A DNA stretch of 64,000 nucleotides, from NCBI GenBank assembly GCA_964649085.1, contig CAZYPN010000002.1, positions 158,991-222,990 on the forward strand, written 5' to 3'. This document shows positions 52,566-61,114 of this stretch, in pieces (positions within the stretch are counted from its first letter, which is position 1; every line of letters begins with the position of its first letter). The position numbers were made by a program, and so were the translations under genes. The stretch comes from an uncultured Burkholderiales bacterium (GTDB lineage: Bacteria > Vulcanimicrobiota > Xenobia > Xenobiales > JADMJV01). Below the pieces are notes generated by a model, which saw only the letters and a program-made list of their open reading frames with translations, did no database searches and was not told the DNA's origin.

Positions 52566-54281
52566 TCAGGCCGGGTCGTAACTTTCGCCGATGGCATCCT
52601 CGGGGTTGGCCGCTTCGTCTTCCTTGATATAGGCCTGCAGCGTGTCGTCGACGCGCTTCACCTGCCAGATCTTTTGGCAGCCCTGGAAGTAGAACTGCTG
52701 CCCCTCGTTGATCATCGCCTGGTTCTCTTCCTGAGCCCCCTGGCGAATCTGACGAATGCCGTACTCGCACTCTTCCACGCCCTGATTGAGCAACTCGAGC
52801 GAGTCGGCACAGAGGTCGATCACCTCCTGGAGCTTGGCCCGCTCTTCCTCTTCCACTTCGTCGGGAATGGGGGGTGGGTGCAGCTTGCTCAATTCGGCTT
52901 TGGCGCTGTCGATGTTGGCCTGGCTTACATCCAGCTTGGCCATCAGCTCATCGATAGGCAACTTACCGCGCAAAAACTTGTCGCAGCTCTCAAAGAGGTC
53001 CTTCATGACGTCGGTGACGACCATGTCGCGAGAACTATCGCTGGCATCGCCCTCGAGCACCTGGAAGCTGCTGGTCGAACTCCAGCTGCTGTAGACGTCG
53101 GAACCGGCCATCTGGGGCAGGCTGGCGCCGCACTTGGCGCAAAACTTGGCCGGCGCATTGGGTGTGGAACAGGCCGGACAAATCACTTTTCCATAGCTCT
53201 CACTGTGGGCCTCAACGTTCACGCGGGCGCCGTGCACCGTTTGCGTACCGCTCTCGAGGTCTTCCAGAGCCTGAACGGCGTCGTCGGCCGAAGCCGTACC
53301 GTCGCAGTAAGCGATCAGAACCGTCAGGGCCTCCTCCATGAGCTCCATGGCCTCGAGCATCTTGGGGGTCTCTTCCTGAATGACCGTAGAGTCGTTGCTG
53401 GCCTTGACCACCAGCTGCAGGTCGCCAATGCTTTTCTGCAGCCGCTCCACCTGGGGCACGCACAGATTGCGCAAAACACCCGGCTGGATCTTCTTCTCCA
53501 GCACGCTGTCGGCGGTTTTCAAGATAATGTTGATGGCCGCCGACGGGGTTGGGCTGGAAGTGATCGATTCGTTGAATTCGTCGACTGCGGCATCCAGGTT
53601 GGAGTGACCCTGTTCCAGGTCGCGGGTCAGTTCCTCGAACTTGGCGGCCGACGACCCGGGGGTCAGAGCCTTGAGCGCCTGCAGAGCAGCCACGATGCTC
53701 TCCAGGGCAGCCCGCCGGGCCGGCACGCCCGGACCGTTCTTCTCCTTACTGTTGTCGATCTCGCGAATGGCCTCCGCATAGAACACCTCATACTGGTTGC
53801 AGGTGCCCTGCCAGCCCTCGATGGGCGCCTTGCCCTCGCGAACCAGCTTGCCGAGATTGGCAAACAGGTTGATCAGCGGATACTTGCTCGGCCCCTCGGA
53901 AAGGAACCGTTGCTCATAGGCCGCCATCGCCGACTGCAACCCGGCCGAACAGAAGGCCAGCACGTGGGCTGACTCGTCGAGCAACTCGGGGCGAGGATCC
54001 GCCTTAAAACTGAGGATCTGCTCGAGTGCCGCGTCGTAGCCTTCGAAATACTTGGCAATCAGCTCAATTTCGTTCTTGAACTTGGCCTGAAACTCGGCCC
54101 CCTGCTTTTCAGTACCGGCGAAAAAATTGTCCGAAGCCTGAGTCAGCGCGTCCTGTCGGGCCTGGGCCATGTGCTCCAGCTCAGGGTAGGCCCTGGTGTC
54201 GCCGGCGGCGACCTCCAGACATTTGTCGATCAGCGCCTGGGTCTCGGCGGATTGGCTGACGGGCTTGGTTGCTTGGCTCAT
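52566..54281 (-). CDS. Zinc-ribbon-containing coiled-coil protein, unknown function
   Basis: Trimmed to Met 'MSQATKPVSQ'. Double CxxC ribbon 'CPACSTPNAPAKFCAKCGASL'. Long helical acidic regions. ATGA overlap with upstream GNAT gene. Confidence 0.5.
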   Translation of the reverse strand: MSQATKPVSQSAETQALIDKCLEVAAGDTRAYPELEHMAQARQDALTQASDNFFAGTEKQGAEFQAKFKNEIELIAKYFEGYDAALEQILSFKADPRPELLDESAHVLAFCSAGLQSAMAAYEQRFLSEGPSKYPLINLFANLGKLVREGKAPIEGWQGTCNQYEVFYAEAIREIDNSKEKNGPGVPARRAALESIVAALQALKALTPGSSAAKFEELTRDLEQGHSNLDAAVDEFNESITSSPTPSAAINIILKTADSVLEKKIQPGVLRNLCVPQVERLQKSIGDLQLVVKASNDSTVIQEETPKMLEAMELMEEALTVLIAYCDGTASADDAVQALEDLESGTQTVHGARVNVEAHSESYGKVICPACSTPNAPAKFCAKCGASLPQMAGSDVYSSWSSTSSFQVLEGDASDSSRDMVVTDVMKDLFESCDKFLRGKLPIDELMAKLDVSQANIDSAKAELSKLHPPPIPDEVEEEERAKLQEVIDLCADSLELLNQGVEECEYGIRQIRQGAQEENQAMINEGQQFYFQGCQKIWQVKRVDDTLQAYIKEDEAANPEDAIGESYDPA

Positions 54282-54892
54282 GGTGTCTCCCCGGATGTAG
54301 TTTGTTGCCCTTCGCGCCGCTTGCGGGTGCGCAGCAGACGGCTGACCGAATGGCTTCGTTCGGCCAGCGGACGCCCCGGCATTCGCACCGGACCTTCGGC
54401 TCCGCAGGCCATCGTGAGCTGATATCGCTCGATATCGAATCCTACCTGGATAGCGCTGAGCAGGGCTCGCTCGTTGCTGGCAGAGACTTTCGCGGTCATA
54501 TAGCGATACCCTCGCTGATGGGTAATGCGGGCAGCCTCGCGCACCAACGCGTGCCCCACATAGCGGCCCCAATACGCTTCCTCAACGCCCATGTTGAAAA
54601 GAAAACTCTGACTCTCGCCGGTAGACTCCTCGATATGGTGGAACTCGAGGATGAGAAAACCCGCCGGCAGATGTTCTTTGTGGGCGTCGACGGCCACCAG
54701 CACGGCGAAATCGCGCTTGCGCAAAATCCACTGGTCCAGCTCGTGCAGCGAGGCCTGGGCCCGCTCCAGCACCTGAGCCGTGGGAATGTCGCGGCTCTCG
54801 GGAATGCCCTGCCCCACCAGCTCCAGCGAGAGGCGGCGGATGAAATCCATGTCCGACAATCGCGCGCGGCGAACCTCAATGCCTGGTGTCAC
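54278..54892 (-). CDS. GNAT-family N-acetyltransferase
   Basis: Acetyl-CoA-binding-like 'RYVGHALVREAARITHQRGYRYM' plus overall GNAT topology. ATGA overlaps on both sides. Confidence 0.65.
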   Translation of the reverse strand: MTPGIEVRRARLSDMDFIRRLSLELVGQGIPESRDIPTAQVLERAQASLHELDQWILRKRDFAVLVAVDAHKEHLPAGFLILEFHHIEESTGESQSFLFNMGVEEAYWGRYVGHALVREAARITHQRGYRYMTAKVSASNERALLSAIQVGFDIERYQLTMACGAEGPVRMPGRPLAERSHSVSRLLRTRKRREGQQTTSGETP

Positions 54893-56280
54893 GACGGGCC
54901 CTGCTTCAGACGCAAGGGCGAACCTTTCAAGGCCACTTTCACCTTCAGCCTTTCGATCCGCAGTTGCAGATCTCCCGGTAGTGGCAACTGCTCCAAAGCT
55001 CGCAACTCTCCCTGAGCCCGTAGGGGCTGGTCGGCCTCCAAGAAAAGCTCGGCCAGCTCGAGCTGAGCCTCAAGATTGGCCATATCCTGGGGCAACAGCT
55101 GCAGAGCACGTCGATAGCTCTTCATGGCGGCCTGAGGCTGTCCTGACTGTCGCTGTGCCCGCGCCAACTCGCGCAGCAACTCGACCCGCGAACCCGGGTC
55201 GGACAGCTGTAGCTTGAGGGCCTCCTGCAGGCAGGCCTCGGCCTCGGTCGGGCGACGTCCCAGGCTCCAGGCCCGTGCCAGCAAACCCAACAAATGCCTT
55301 CGCGATAAGGGATCGGCGCTCTCACCCCAGTCGGCGAGCAACTTCTGCCAACGCTCCGCGGCAGCCCGATAACGCTTTTGCTCAAAATCGATGAAGCCCC
55401 TCAGATAGTCGGCCTTGCCGGGCGTGACCTGCCCCAGCCAGTGCTCGGCCTTGATATAGTTCTTGCGCAGCCAGTAGAAGGCGGCCACATCGAAGGCGTC
55501 GACCTGATATTCAGGCACCAGAGTCGCAGCCTGCTCGAACCCCGGGCCCTGATGGTCCTGACCGCTGCCCCAGGCCCGGCACACCAGAGCTGCAGCCCGC
55601 AGACCGGCCACCTCCTGGCTGAGGTCCTTCAGGCTGTGGAAGGCCGCCATCCAGGCTTCGACCTCAGAACGCTGCCCCTTGCCCAGCATTTCGCAGAGGT
55701 CGCCCAAGTAGCGACGGCACAGCGGCGTGTAGCCTCCGATCACCGAGTAGGCCACGGTGGTGGCCTGAAACTGCAGGCCCCGCAGTCGCTCGAAGAGCTG
55801 CAAAGGATCTTCCCAAACCCCGTCGCTGGCGTCCAGGAAATAGTCCACATCGATGTCCAGCAGCCAGCTGCGCTCATCGGCTCGCGGCAGAACCTCGCTG
55901 GTGCACACCACCAATCGGGCTCCGCGGAGCTGGCCTACCACCCGATGGTCTTCGAGCTTGAGCGAATTGAACTCGGGCAGTTGCAGGGGAACCCAGGTGG
56001 GAAGCTCGTGAAAACACCACTGCAGCAGGTCAGAGTGGCCCTGGCAGAGATGGGGAGGCACCACCCACCAGACTTCGCTGACGATGCCTTCCTGAACGGC
56101 CTTCAGCAGATAGTTGGCGCAGTTGACCTCGGGATGCTCCACCTGCAGGTCGAGGGGCGCCTGAAACTCGGCCATGTCCAGATGGGCGTCGATGTGCAGG
56201 CAGGCAGCCCCTCGAATACCCATTTCCTTCCACAGGAAATAGGCATCCCGATGGTCCTCCATCATACGAAGCGGTCCCAT
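54889..56280 (-). CDS. UPF0489 (C5orf22-like) N-terminal domain fused to TPR repeats
   Basis: N-terminus 'MMEDHRDAYFLWKEMG...CLHIDAHLDM...NYLLKAV...VWWVVPPH' parallels the UPF0489 pattern 'VVEDHQEV...LHFDSHPDL...NWIMPAV...VIWFHP'. C-terminal half has TPR-like 34-aa repeats. Confidence 0.5.
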   Translation of the reverse strand: MGPLRMMEDHRDAYFLWKEMGIRGAACLHIDAHLDMAEFQAPLDLQVEHPEVNCANYLLKAVQEGIVSEVWWVVPPHLCQGHSDLLQWCFHELPTWVPLQLPEFNSLKLEDHRVVGQLRGARLVVCTSEVLPRADERSWLLDIDVDYFLDASDGVWEDPLQLFERLRGLQFQATTVAYSVIGGYTPLCRRYLGDLCEMLGKGQRSEVEAWMAAFHSLKDLSQEVAGLRAAALVCRAWGSGQDHQGPGFEQAATLVPEYQVDAFDVAAFYWLRKNYIKAEHWLGQVTPGKADYLRGFIDFEQKRYRAAAERWQKLLADWGESADPLSRRHLLGLLARAWSLGRRPTEAEACLQEALKLQLSDPGSRVELLRELARAQRQSGQPQAAMKSYRRALQLLPQDMANLEAQLELAELFLEADQPLRAQGELRALEQLPLPGDLQLRIERLKVKVALKGSPLRLKQGPS

Positions 56281-56397
56281 GGGCCACAGTTCAGGACTCT
56301 GCCTGGCAGGTCCTCTGTGGCGGTTCGGGCTCCCCTTACCAAGAAAAAGAGACCCGCGGAACCCGCGGGCCTCTTTTCATTTCAGGTTGCTCTGGAT

Positions 56398-57174
56398 TTA
56401 GAAGAAGCCAACGCCACCGGGGGCGCAGCCGCAGAACGGAGGACGACCGAAGGGCGGGAACTGAGGCTGCATCATAAAGTTGCCGCCGCCGCAGCCCATA
56501 TAGCCGCCGCCACCCTGGCCCATCATCATCACCTGCATCATCATCATCGTGGACATCATCTGCGACATCATGCCCATCATCATCATCTGCTGCATCATCG
56601 GATCCTGGCCATAGCCCTGTCCGGGATAGGGTCCACACTGGGGCCCACCGTAGCCACCACCATAGGGAGGAGCATAGCCACCACCGTAGCCGCAGCCGCC
56701 GCCGTGATAGGGGGGCATCGGGGGGGGCTGAATGCCACCGCAACCGTTGCCGAACGAACCATTGCAGGGGCCGAAGCTGGCGCAGTTCTGAGCCTGACCG
56801 GCCTCGCCCAGCGGGCCCACACCGAAGAGCTTCTGCACACCACCGTCGAGCCAACCGATTGCTCCGGCAGCGGCCTGACCGACGAACGGGCCGGCCATCG
56901 AGCCCAGGAAGGGCATTCCGAACATACCGCCGATGGCGAAGCCGGCGATGCCGCCGACAATCGGGTCGCCCAGCACGTTCTTGGCAGCCGACAGACCGCC
57001 GTGGAGAACGTGACCTACGCCTTTAAAAAGTCCTTTACCAACCGAGCCGAGGGCGCCAAGGGGGTCACCACTGACCAGTTTGACTGCGCCGTCGACCACA
57101 CCGCCGACGACCGATTTGGCTCCACGCCAGACGCCTCGTGCGACGTCAACTACTCCGCGTACTACACCACCCAT
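56398..57174 (-). CDS. Low-complexity Gly/Val-, Gly/Tyr/Cys/Pro- and poly-Met-rich protein
   Basis: Trimmed to Met 'MGGVVRGVVDVARGV'. Segments 'GYGGGYAPPYGGGYGGPQCGPYPGQGYGQ', 'MMQQMMMMGMMSQMMSTMMMMQVMMMG', terminal 'CGCAPGGVGFF'. Confidence 0.4.
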   Translation of the reverse strand: MGGVVRGVVDVARGVWRGAKSVVGGVVDGAVKLVSGDPLGALGSVGKGLFKGVGHVLHGGLSAAKNVLGDPIVGGIAGFAIGGMFGMPFLGSMAGPFVGQAAAGAIGWLDGGVQKLFGVGPLGEAGQAQNCASFGPCNGSFGNGCGGIQPPPMPPYHGGGCGYGGGYAPPYGGGYGGPQCGPYPGQGYGQDPMMQQMMMMGMMSQMMSTMMMMQVMMMGQGGGGYMGCGGGNFMMQPQFPPFGRPPFCGCAPGGVGFF

Positions 57175-57260
57175 GTTCTTGTCCCTCCAGATTTTCGTTG
57201 TCGAAACTTCTCTTGCCCAGTGTATCCCCCGGTACCGGGGAGCCGACAAGGGCTTAAATG

Positions 57261-57300
57261 TTGAACATTTGCAACAAGTTTGTTTCAAAAGTGTTAACCA
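57261..57300. promoter_or_regulatory. AT-rich palindrome-dense element in divergent intergenic region (candidate promoter/operator for map and/or the Gly/Met-rich gene)
   Basis: 'TTGAACAtttgcaacaagtTTGTTTCAAaagTGTTAACCa'. Contains inverted TTGAACA/TGTTTCAA, palindromic TTGCAA and GTTAAC. Shares TGTTAACC with the rpsB upstream region. Confidence 0.3.
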
Positions 57301-57334
57301 GGCTTTCGTCGGCGCCATCCCGAACCCCTGGCCC

Positions 57335-58084
57335 GTGAATCTCGTCACCGACAAGCAAGACCTGCAGATCCTCCGACAGTGTGGTTTGCTCGTGGCCGAT
57401 ATCCTGGACACCGTTTCGGCGGCGGTAGCCCCCGGGATCTCTACGGGCGAGCTCGACCAGATGGCAGCCTCCATGATCGAAGCCGCCGGGGCCATTTCGG
57501 CGCCGCGCAAGGTGTATAACTTTCCTGGCAGCATTTGCATCAGCCTTAATGACGAAGCGGTTCACGGCATTCCCGGAGAGCGCAAGGTACAGGCTGGCGA
57601 CCTCGTCAAGGTAGACGTCACGGTGGAATACCAGGGATGGATCACCGATGCCGCCCGAACCGTGGTGGTGGGTCCCAGCGATCCTCAGGCCGAACAGCTG
57701 GCGCGCTGCTCCGAAACCGCTCTATTGAAGGCCCTGAGCCTGGCGCGCGAGGGCAGGGCTCTTTGGGAAATCGGCCTGGCCGTTGAAAGCGTGGTCAAGC
57801 GGGCGGGTTTTCGCGTGTTGCGCCAACTCTGTGGGCACGGCGTGGGGCGCAGCATACACGAGAGCCCCGTGGTGCCCAATTTCTACGATCGGCGCTACAA
57901 GGACAGGCTGCGCGCCGGGCAGGTGATCACCATCGAGCCCATTCTAGCCCTGAGCACCGAGGAAATCGTTACCGACCCCGACGGCTGGACCTTGCGCACC
58001 CGCGACGGTTCGGTTTCAGCCCACTTCGAGCACAGCCTGCTGATCACCCAACGAGAGCCCATTATCCTGACCCTCAAGCCATGA
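57335..58084 (+). CDS. map: Methionine aminopeptidase, type I
   Basis: 'VNLVTDKQDLQILRQCGLLVADIL' aligns to the MetAP N-terminus. Metal ligands in 'DLVKVDVTV', 'HGVGRSIHE', 'ITIEP', 'HFEHSLLIT'. GTG start chosen by alignment. Track ORF begins earlier (57080). Confidence 0.8.
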   Translation: MNLVTDKQDLQILRQCGLLVADILDTVSAAVAPGISTGELDQMAASMIEAAGAISAPRKVYNFPGSICISLNDEAVHGIPGERKVQAGDLVKVDVTVEYQGWITDAARTVVVGPSDPQAEQLARCSETALLKALSLAREGRALWEIGLAVESVVKRAGFRVLRQLCGHGVGRSIHESPVVPNFYDRRYKDRLRAGQVITIEPILALSTEEIVTDPDGWTLRTRDGSVSAHFEHSLLITQREPIILTLKP

Positions 58085-59217
58085 TCGCCCTGGTAGCCTG
58101 GGCCTGGCTGTACGTGGGATTGATCGTGGCTCTGGTCAGCTGGCGGACGGGCCTGCTGCCCGCGGGCCGACGCGCCCATTTGCCCCGCCTTTCAGTGGTC
58201 ATTCCGGCCTGCAACGAAGCCGACACGCTGGCTCCCGCGCTGGCTTCATTGCTGGCCAGCGACTATCCCGACCTGGAAATCGTGCTGGTCAACGACCGCT
58301 CCAGCGACGCAACCGGAGACCTGATGGAGGCCATGGCGGCCCACGACCCACGGGTGCAGGTCGTTCACCTGCACAGCCTGCCGCCGGGTTGGCTGGGCAA
58401 GAACCACGCCATGCACCAGGGCGCGCGGCGGGCCAGCGGGCGCTGGATATTGTTCAGCGACGCCGACGTCGTTTTCCAGCCCGACACGCTGGCCCGGGCC
58501 GTCAGCCTGGCCGAGGACCGAGGGGTCGAACACCTGGTGCTGTCGCCCCGTGTCATTGCAGGAACGTTTTGGGAGAAGGTGTTCCTGAGCTATTTTGGCA
58601 CGGCCTTCTGTTTCCGTTTTCGCCCCGACCGGGTGGGCCACAGGGGGCGCTATTTTGCCGGCATAGGCGCCTTCAACCTGGTGCAGCGAGAGCCGTACCT
58701 GCAACTGGGAGGCCACTCGACCCTGGCCCTGCAGGTGCTCGACGACATGGAACTGGGGCGCCTCTTCAAGCTTCACGGCTACCGTCAGCATTTTGCCGGT
58801 GGCGGAGCCAGCGTCCAGGTGCGCTGGGCGGTGGGGCTGCGCGGGCTGGTGATGGGCCTGGAAAAAAACGCCTTCGCCGGGGTCAACTATTCGCTGCTGC
58901 TGGGCCTTTCGGGCTCGTTGGCATCGCTGCTGGCCAGCCTGGTTCCGCTGCTGCTGCTCGCTCCCCAGGCCGATCCGTGGCTGCGCCTGGTGTGCTGGGC
59001 CGGCATCGCTATCAGCGCCATCGCCGTCAGTCCTGGTACGGGAACCCCCCGCTGGGCAGGAGCCTGCTTTCCGCTGGCGGGAGCTTTGTTCAGCTTCATC
59101 TTCCTGCGTTCCATCTTCCTGGCACAGTACCGAGGCGGAATTTACTGGCGAGGCCAGTTCTATCCCCTGTCCCGCTTGAAGGAGGCCCAAAGGGCTCTGC
59201 GAACTCCTGCTGGTTAA
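58081..59217 (+). CDS. Family 2 glycosyltransferase with N- and C-terminal TM segments
   Basis: 'LSVVIPACNEADTL', 'EIVLVNDRSSD', 'FSDADVV' are GT2 DxD-type blocks. ATGA overlap with map. Confidence 0.75.
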   Translation: MIALVAWAWLYVGLIVALVSWRTGLLPAGRRAHLPRLSVVIPACNEADTLAPALASLLASDYPDLEIVLVNDRSSDATGDLMEAMAAHDPRVQVVHLHSLPPGWLGKNHAMHQGARRASGRWILFSDADVVFQPDTLARAVSLAEDRGVEHLVLSPRVIAGTFWEKVFLSYFGTAFCFRFRPDRVGHRGRYFAGIGAFNLVQREPYLQLGGHSTLALQVLDDMELGRLFKLHGYRQHFAGGGASVQVRWAVGLRGLVMGLEKNAFAGVNYSLLLGLSGSLASLLASLVPLLLLAPQADPWLRLVCWAGIAISAIAVSPGTGTPRWAGACFPLAGALFSFIFLRSIFLAQYRGGIYWRGQFYPLSRLKEAQRALRTPAG

Positions 59218-59236
59218 GCCCTATCTGGAGGATCCC

Positions 59237-60625
59237 TTGTCGCTTTCCGAGTATCTGAACAGCCACCGTCAACAGTTTGAGTCCGACCTTTTCCGCCTGC
59301 TGGAAATCCCCAGCGTCAGCACCGATCCGGCGCGCAAGTCCGAGGTTGTGCGCTGTGCCCACGAGGTTGCCGCTCAGCTGCGTCAGGCCGGTCTGGAGGA
59401 CGTGGCCGTGATGGAAACCGGCGGGCACCCTTTGGTGTTTGGCCAGTGGCTGCATGCGCCCAATGCGCCCACCGTGCTGGTCTACGGCCACTACGACGTG
59501 CAGCCCGAAGATCCGGTAGAGCTGTGGACCAGCCCCCCGTTCCAGCCCACGGTGCGTGAGGGCAAGGTGTACGCCCGCGGAGCCACCGATGACAAAGGCC
59601 AGTTCATCGCTCACGTCAAGGCCGTCGAGGCCCTGATGAAAACCGAAGGCAGGCTGCCGGTGAACGTCAAGTTTGTCATCGAAGGCGAAGAAGAAATCGG
59701 CAGCCGCAACCTGGCGCCCTTCCTGGAGAGCCACCGTGAGCTGTTGGCCGCCGACGTGCTCGTCGTCAGCGACAGCGCCATGTTTGCCCCCGACGAACCC
59801 AGCATCGTATACGGGCTGCGGGGTCTGGCCTACGTGCAGGTGGAGCTGAAGGGTGCCGATAGCGACCTGCATTCGGGCGTATTTGGCGGGGCTGTGCCCA
59901 ATCCGGGCTTTGAACTGTGCCGCATCATCTCCCAGCTGAAGGACGAGCAGGGCCGCATTACCGTGCCCGGCTTTTACGACAAGGTGCAGGACCTCACTCC
60001 TCAGGAACGTCAGGACTATGCGCGCCTTCCCTTCGACGCCGAGGCCTTTCGCAAGGAACTGAACGTCCCGGGCCTTTCCGGCGAAGAAGGCTGGACCCCG
60101 CTCGAGCAACGCAGCGGTCGGCCCACTTTGGAAATCAACGGAATGTTGTGTGGCTGGACGGGTCCGGGAGCCAAAACGGTGCTGCCCAATAAGGCTATGG
60201 CCAAAATTTCCTGCCGATTGGTGCCCGACCAGGACCCCGAAGACATCGCCCGCCTGCTGAGCGAGCACATTCGCAGACTCTGCCCCCCCACGGTGGAATG
60301 TCATATCGAATCGCTGCACGGCGGCAAGCCCTGGCTGACCCCGCGCCAACATCCGGCCCTCGACTGCGCCAATCGGGCGGTACAGCAAGTCTTTGGCAAG
60401 CCGGCTCTGTTCGTTCGTGAAGGGGGCTCGATTCCCATCGTGGTGGATTTTCAGACCATCTTGGGCCTGCCTGGAATTCTGGTGGGCTTTGGCCTGAACA
60501 GCGAAAACCTGCACGCCCCCGACGAGCATTTCGACCTGGGCAACTACCACAAGGGCATCCAGCTTTCGGTGGAACTGATGCGCCAAATGGCCAGCTACCA
60601 GAGCCCCGTATTGCTCAACCAGTAG
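59237..60625 (+). CDS. M20-family metallopeptidase (dipeptidase/ArgE-DapE-CPG2-like)
   Basis: 'VLVYGHYDVQP', 'ARGATDDKGQ', 'EGEEEIGS' are M20 metal-binding blocks. C-terminal dimerisation domain. TTG start with GGAGG 7 nt upstream. Confidence 0.8.
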   Translation: MSLSEYLNSHRQQFESDLFRLLEIPSVSTDPARKSEVVRCAHEVAAQLRQAGLEDVAVMETGGHPLVFGQWLHAPNAPTVLVYGHYDVQPEDPVELWTSPPFQPTVREGKVYARGATDDKGQFIAHVKAVEALMKTEGRLPVNVKFVIEGEEEIGSRNLAPFLESHRELLAADVLVVSDSAMFAPDEPSIVYGLRGLAYVQVELKGADSDLHSGVFGGAVPNPGFELCRIISQLKDEQGRITVPGFYDKVQDLTPQERQDYARLPFDAEAFRKELNVPGLSGEEGWTPLEQRSGRPTLEINGMLCGWTGPGAKTVLPNKAMAKISCRLVPDQDPEDIARLLSEHIRRLCPPTVECHIESLHGGKPWLTPRQHPALDCANRAVQQVFGKPALFVREGGSIPIVVDFQTILGLPGILVGFGLNSENLHAPDEHFDLGNYHKGIQLSVELMRQMASYQSPVLLNQ

Positions 60626-60658
60626 GGGTCAGCGCTCCCTCAACGAAATCCTCCGTTC

Positions 60659-61114
60659 ATGAGTGCAGTACCCCCTCGCGTCGCCCTTCGCTATTCAGGT
60701 TACATCCAGGCCGATCACCTCTTGGGCTATCTCAAGGCTCTGAAAATCATCATCGCCGCCGACCACATCACCCCCCACGAGCACCAGGCCTTTCAGGCCG
60801 GGATGCGGGTGATGGGGGTCAGTCCCGAAATGCGCCGCGAGGTCGACGAATTTGACCCCCGCCAGGGTAAGCTGCTGGAAGTACTGCCCAACATGCAATT
60901 GGGCGGGCGGGCTGCCCGTTTCCTGATCCGCGATGCTATTGAACTGGCCTATGCCGATGGGGTCTACGGCTCGCAGGAACGCTCGGCCATTCACCGAGTG
61001 GCTCGCTTGCTGGGCATCAGCAATGAATTGCTGACGGCCATCGAAAGTCTGGTGGAGATCGAGCGGGCGGCTCGCCATCTCAAGAAATCGCTGATGTTGA
61101 TCAGTTCTCACTGA
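60659..61114 (+). CDS. TerB-like domain protein (tellurite-resistance TerB / DjlA N-domain-like)
   Basis: 'ALKIIIAADHITPHEHQAFQAGMRVMG' and 'AIELAYADGVYGSQERSAIHRVARLLGI' fit the TerB-like helical pattern. Confidence 0.4.
   Translation: MSAVPPRVALRYSGYIQADHLLGYLKALKIIIAADHITPHEHQAFQAGMRVMGVSPEMRREVDEFDPRQGKLLEVLPNMQLGGRAARFLIRDAIELAYADGVYGSQERSAIHRVARLLGISNELLTAIESLVEIERAARHLKKSLMLISSH

Noticed and set aside
52674-53972. 432-aa plus-strand ORF
   Set aside because: Antisense to the zinc-ribbon protein gene (54281..52566). Composition is Leu/Gly/Ala-rich with no motifs.
55378-57264. 628-aa plus-strand ORF
   Set aside because: Antisense to the TPR/UPF0489-like gene and the Gly/Met-rich gene. 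His/Ala/Gly-rich low-complexity translation.
59096-60586. 496-aa minus-strand ORF
   Set aside because: Antisense to the M20 peptidase gene, which has clear metal-binding motifs.
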